From Octopus sinensis (taxonomy: Eukaryota), in NCBI RefSeq assembly GCF_006345805.1, contig NC_043017.1:25482001-25546000 (forward strand): a stretch of DNA of 64,000 bases, given 5' to 3'. The notes under the pieces are model-generated. The model did not search any database, was not told the origin of the DNA, and saw only the letters and a list, made by a program, of their open reading frames with translations. Shown here piece after piece: positions 63,860 through 64,000 of this stretch; positions within the stretch are counted from its first letter, which is position 1; every line of letters starts with the position of its first letter. The translations under genes were made by a program, and so were the position numbers.

Positions 63860-64000
63860 ACCAACCACATGGTTCCGGGTTCAGTCCCACTGTGTGGCAC
63901 CTTGGGCAAGTGTCTTCTACTATAGCCCCGGGCCGACCAATGCCTTGTGAGTGAATTTGGTAGACAGAAACTGAAAGAAGCCCGTCGTGTATATGTATAT
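63860..64000 (+). mobile_element. SINE family A, runs off the window
   Basis: accaaccacatggttccgggttcagtcccact...gaagcccgtcg. Confidence 0.85.

Overview
Eukaryotic, extremely repeat-rich intronic DNA, most likely from a coleoid cephalopod (Octopus sp.). That assignment is inferred from the tRNA/CORE-type SINE families and the density of TA, ATG, AAT and CTT microsatellites. Nearly all ORFs in the supplied track are microsatellite or SINE artefacts. The window appears to lie inside one large plus-strand gene. Two internal exons are well supported (9831-10013 and 28107-28153) and several short exon candidates are weaker; I cannot identify the protein. The rest is a stack of mobile DNA: at least five SINE families, decayed LINEs (RTE-BovB, another RTE-type, R4/Dong, I/Jockey-like), a non-autonomous Helitron, a Helentron-type element, hAT and piggyBac-type MITEs, and short TA-anchored elements carrying hammerhead ribozyme motifs typical of Penelope-like elements. 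The most notable observation is a complete sense-strand hammerhead ribozyme (4060-4131). It sits directly downstream of its own inactivated antisense copy, so the pair forms a 104-bp fold-back that would sequester it in the pre-mRNA. Other items of interest are further whole or half hammerheads (one inside a tRNA-headed SINE), a SINE that occurs as fixed-junction concatemers, and a 169-bp tandem array carrying AG|GT splice-site-like motifs just upstream of an exon that begins with the same motif. All structural and family calls were made by eye; none was confirmed by a search.
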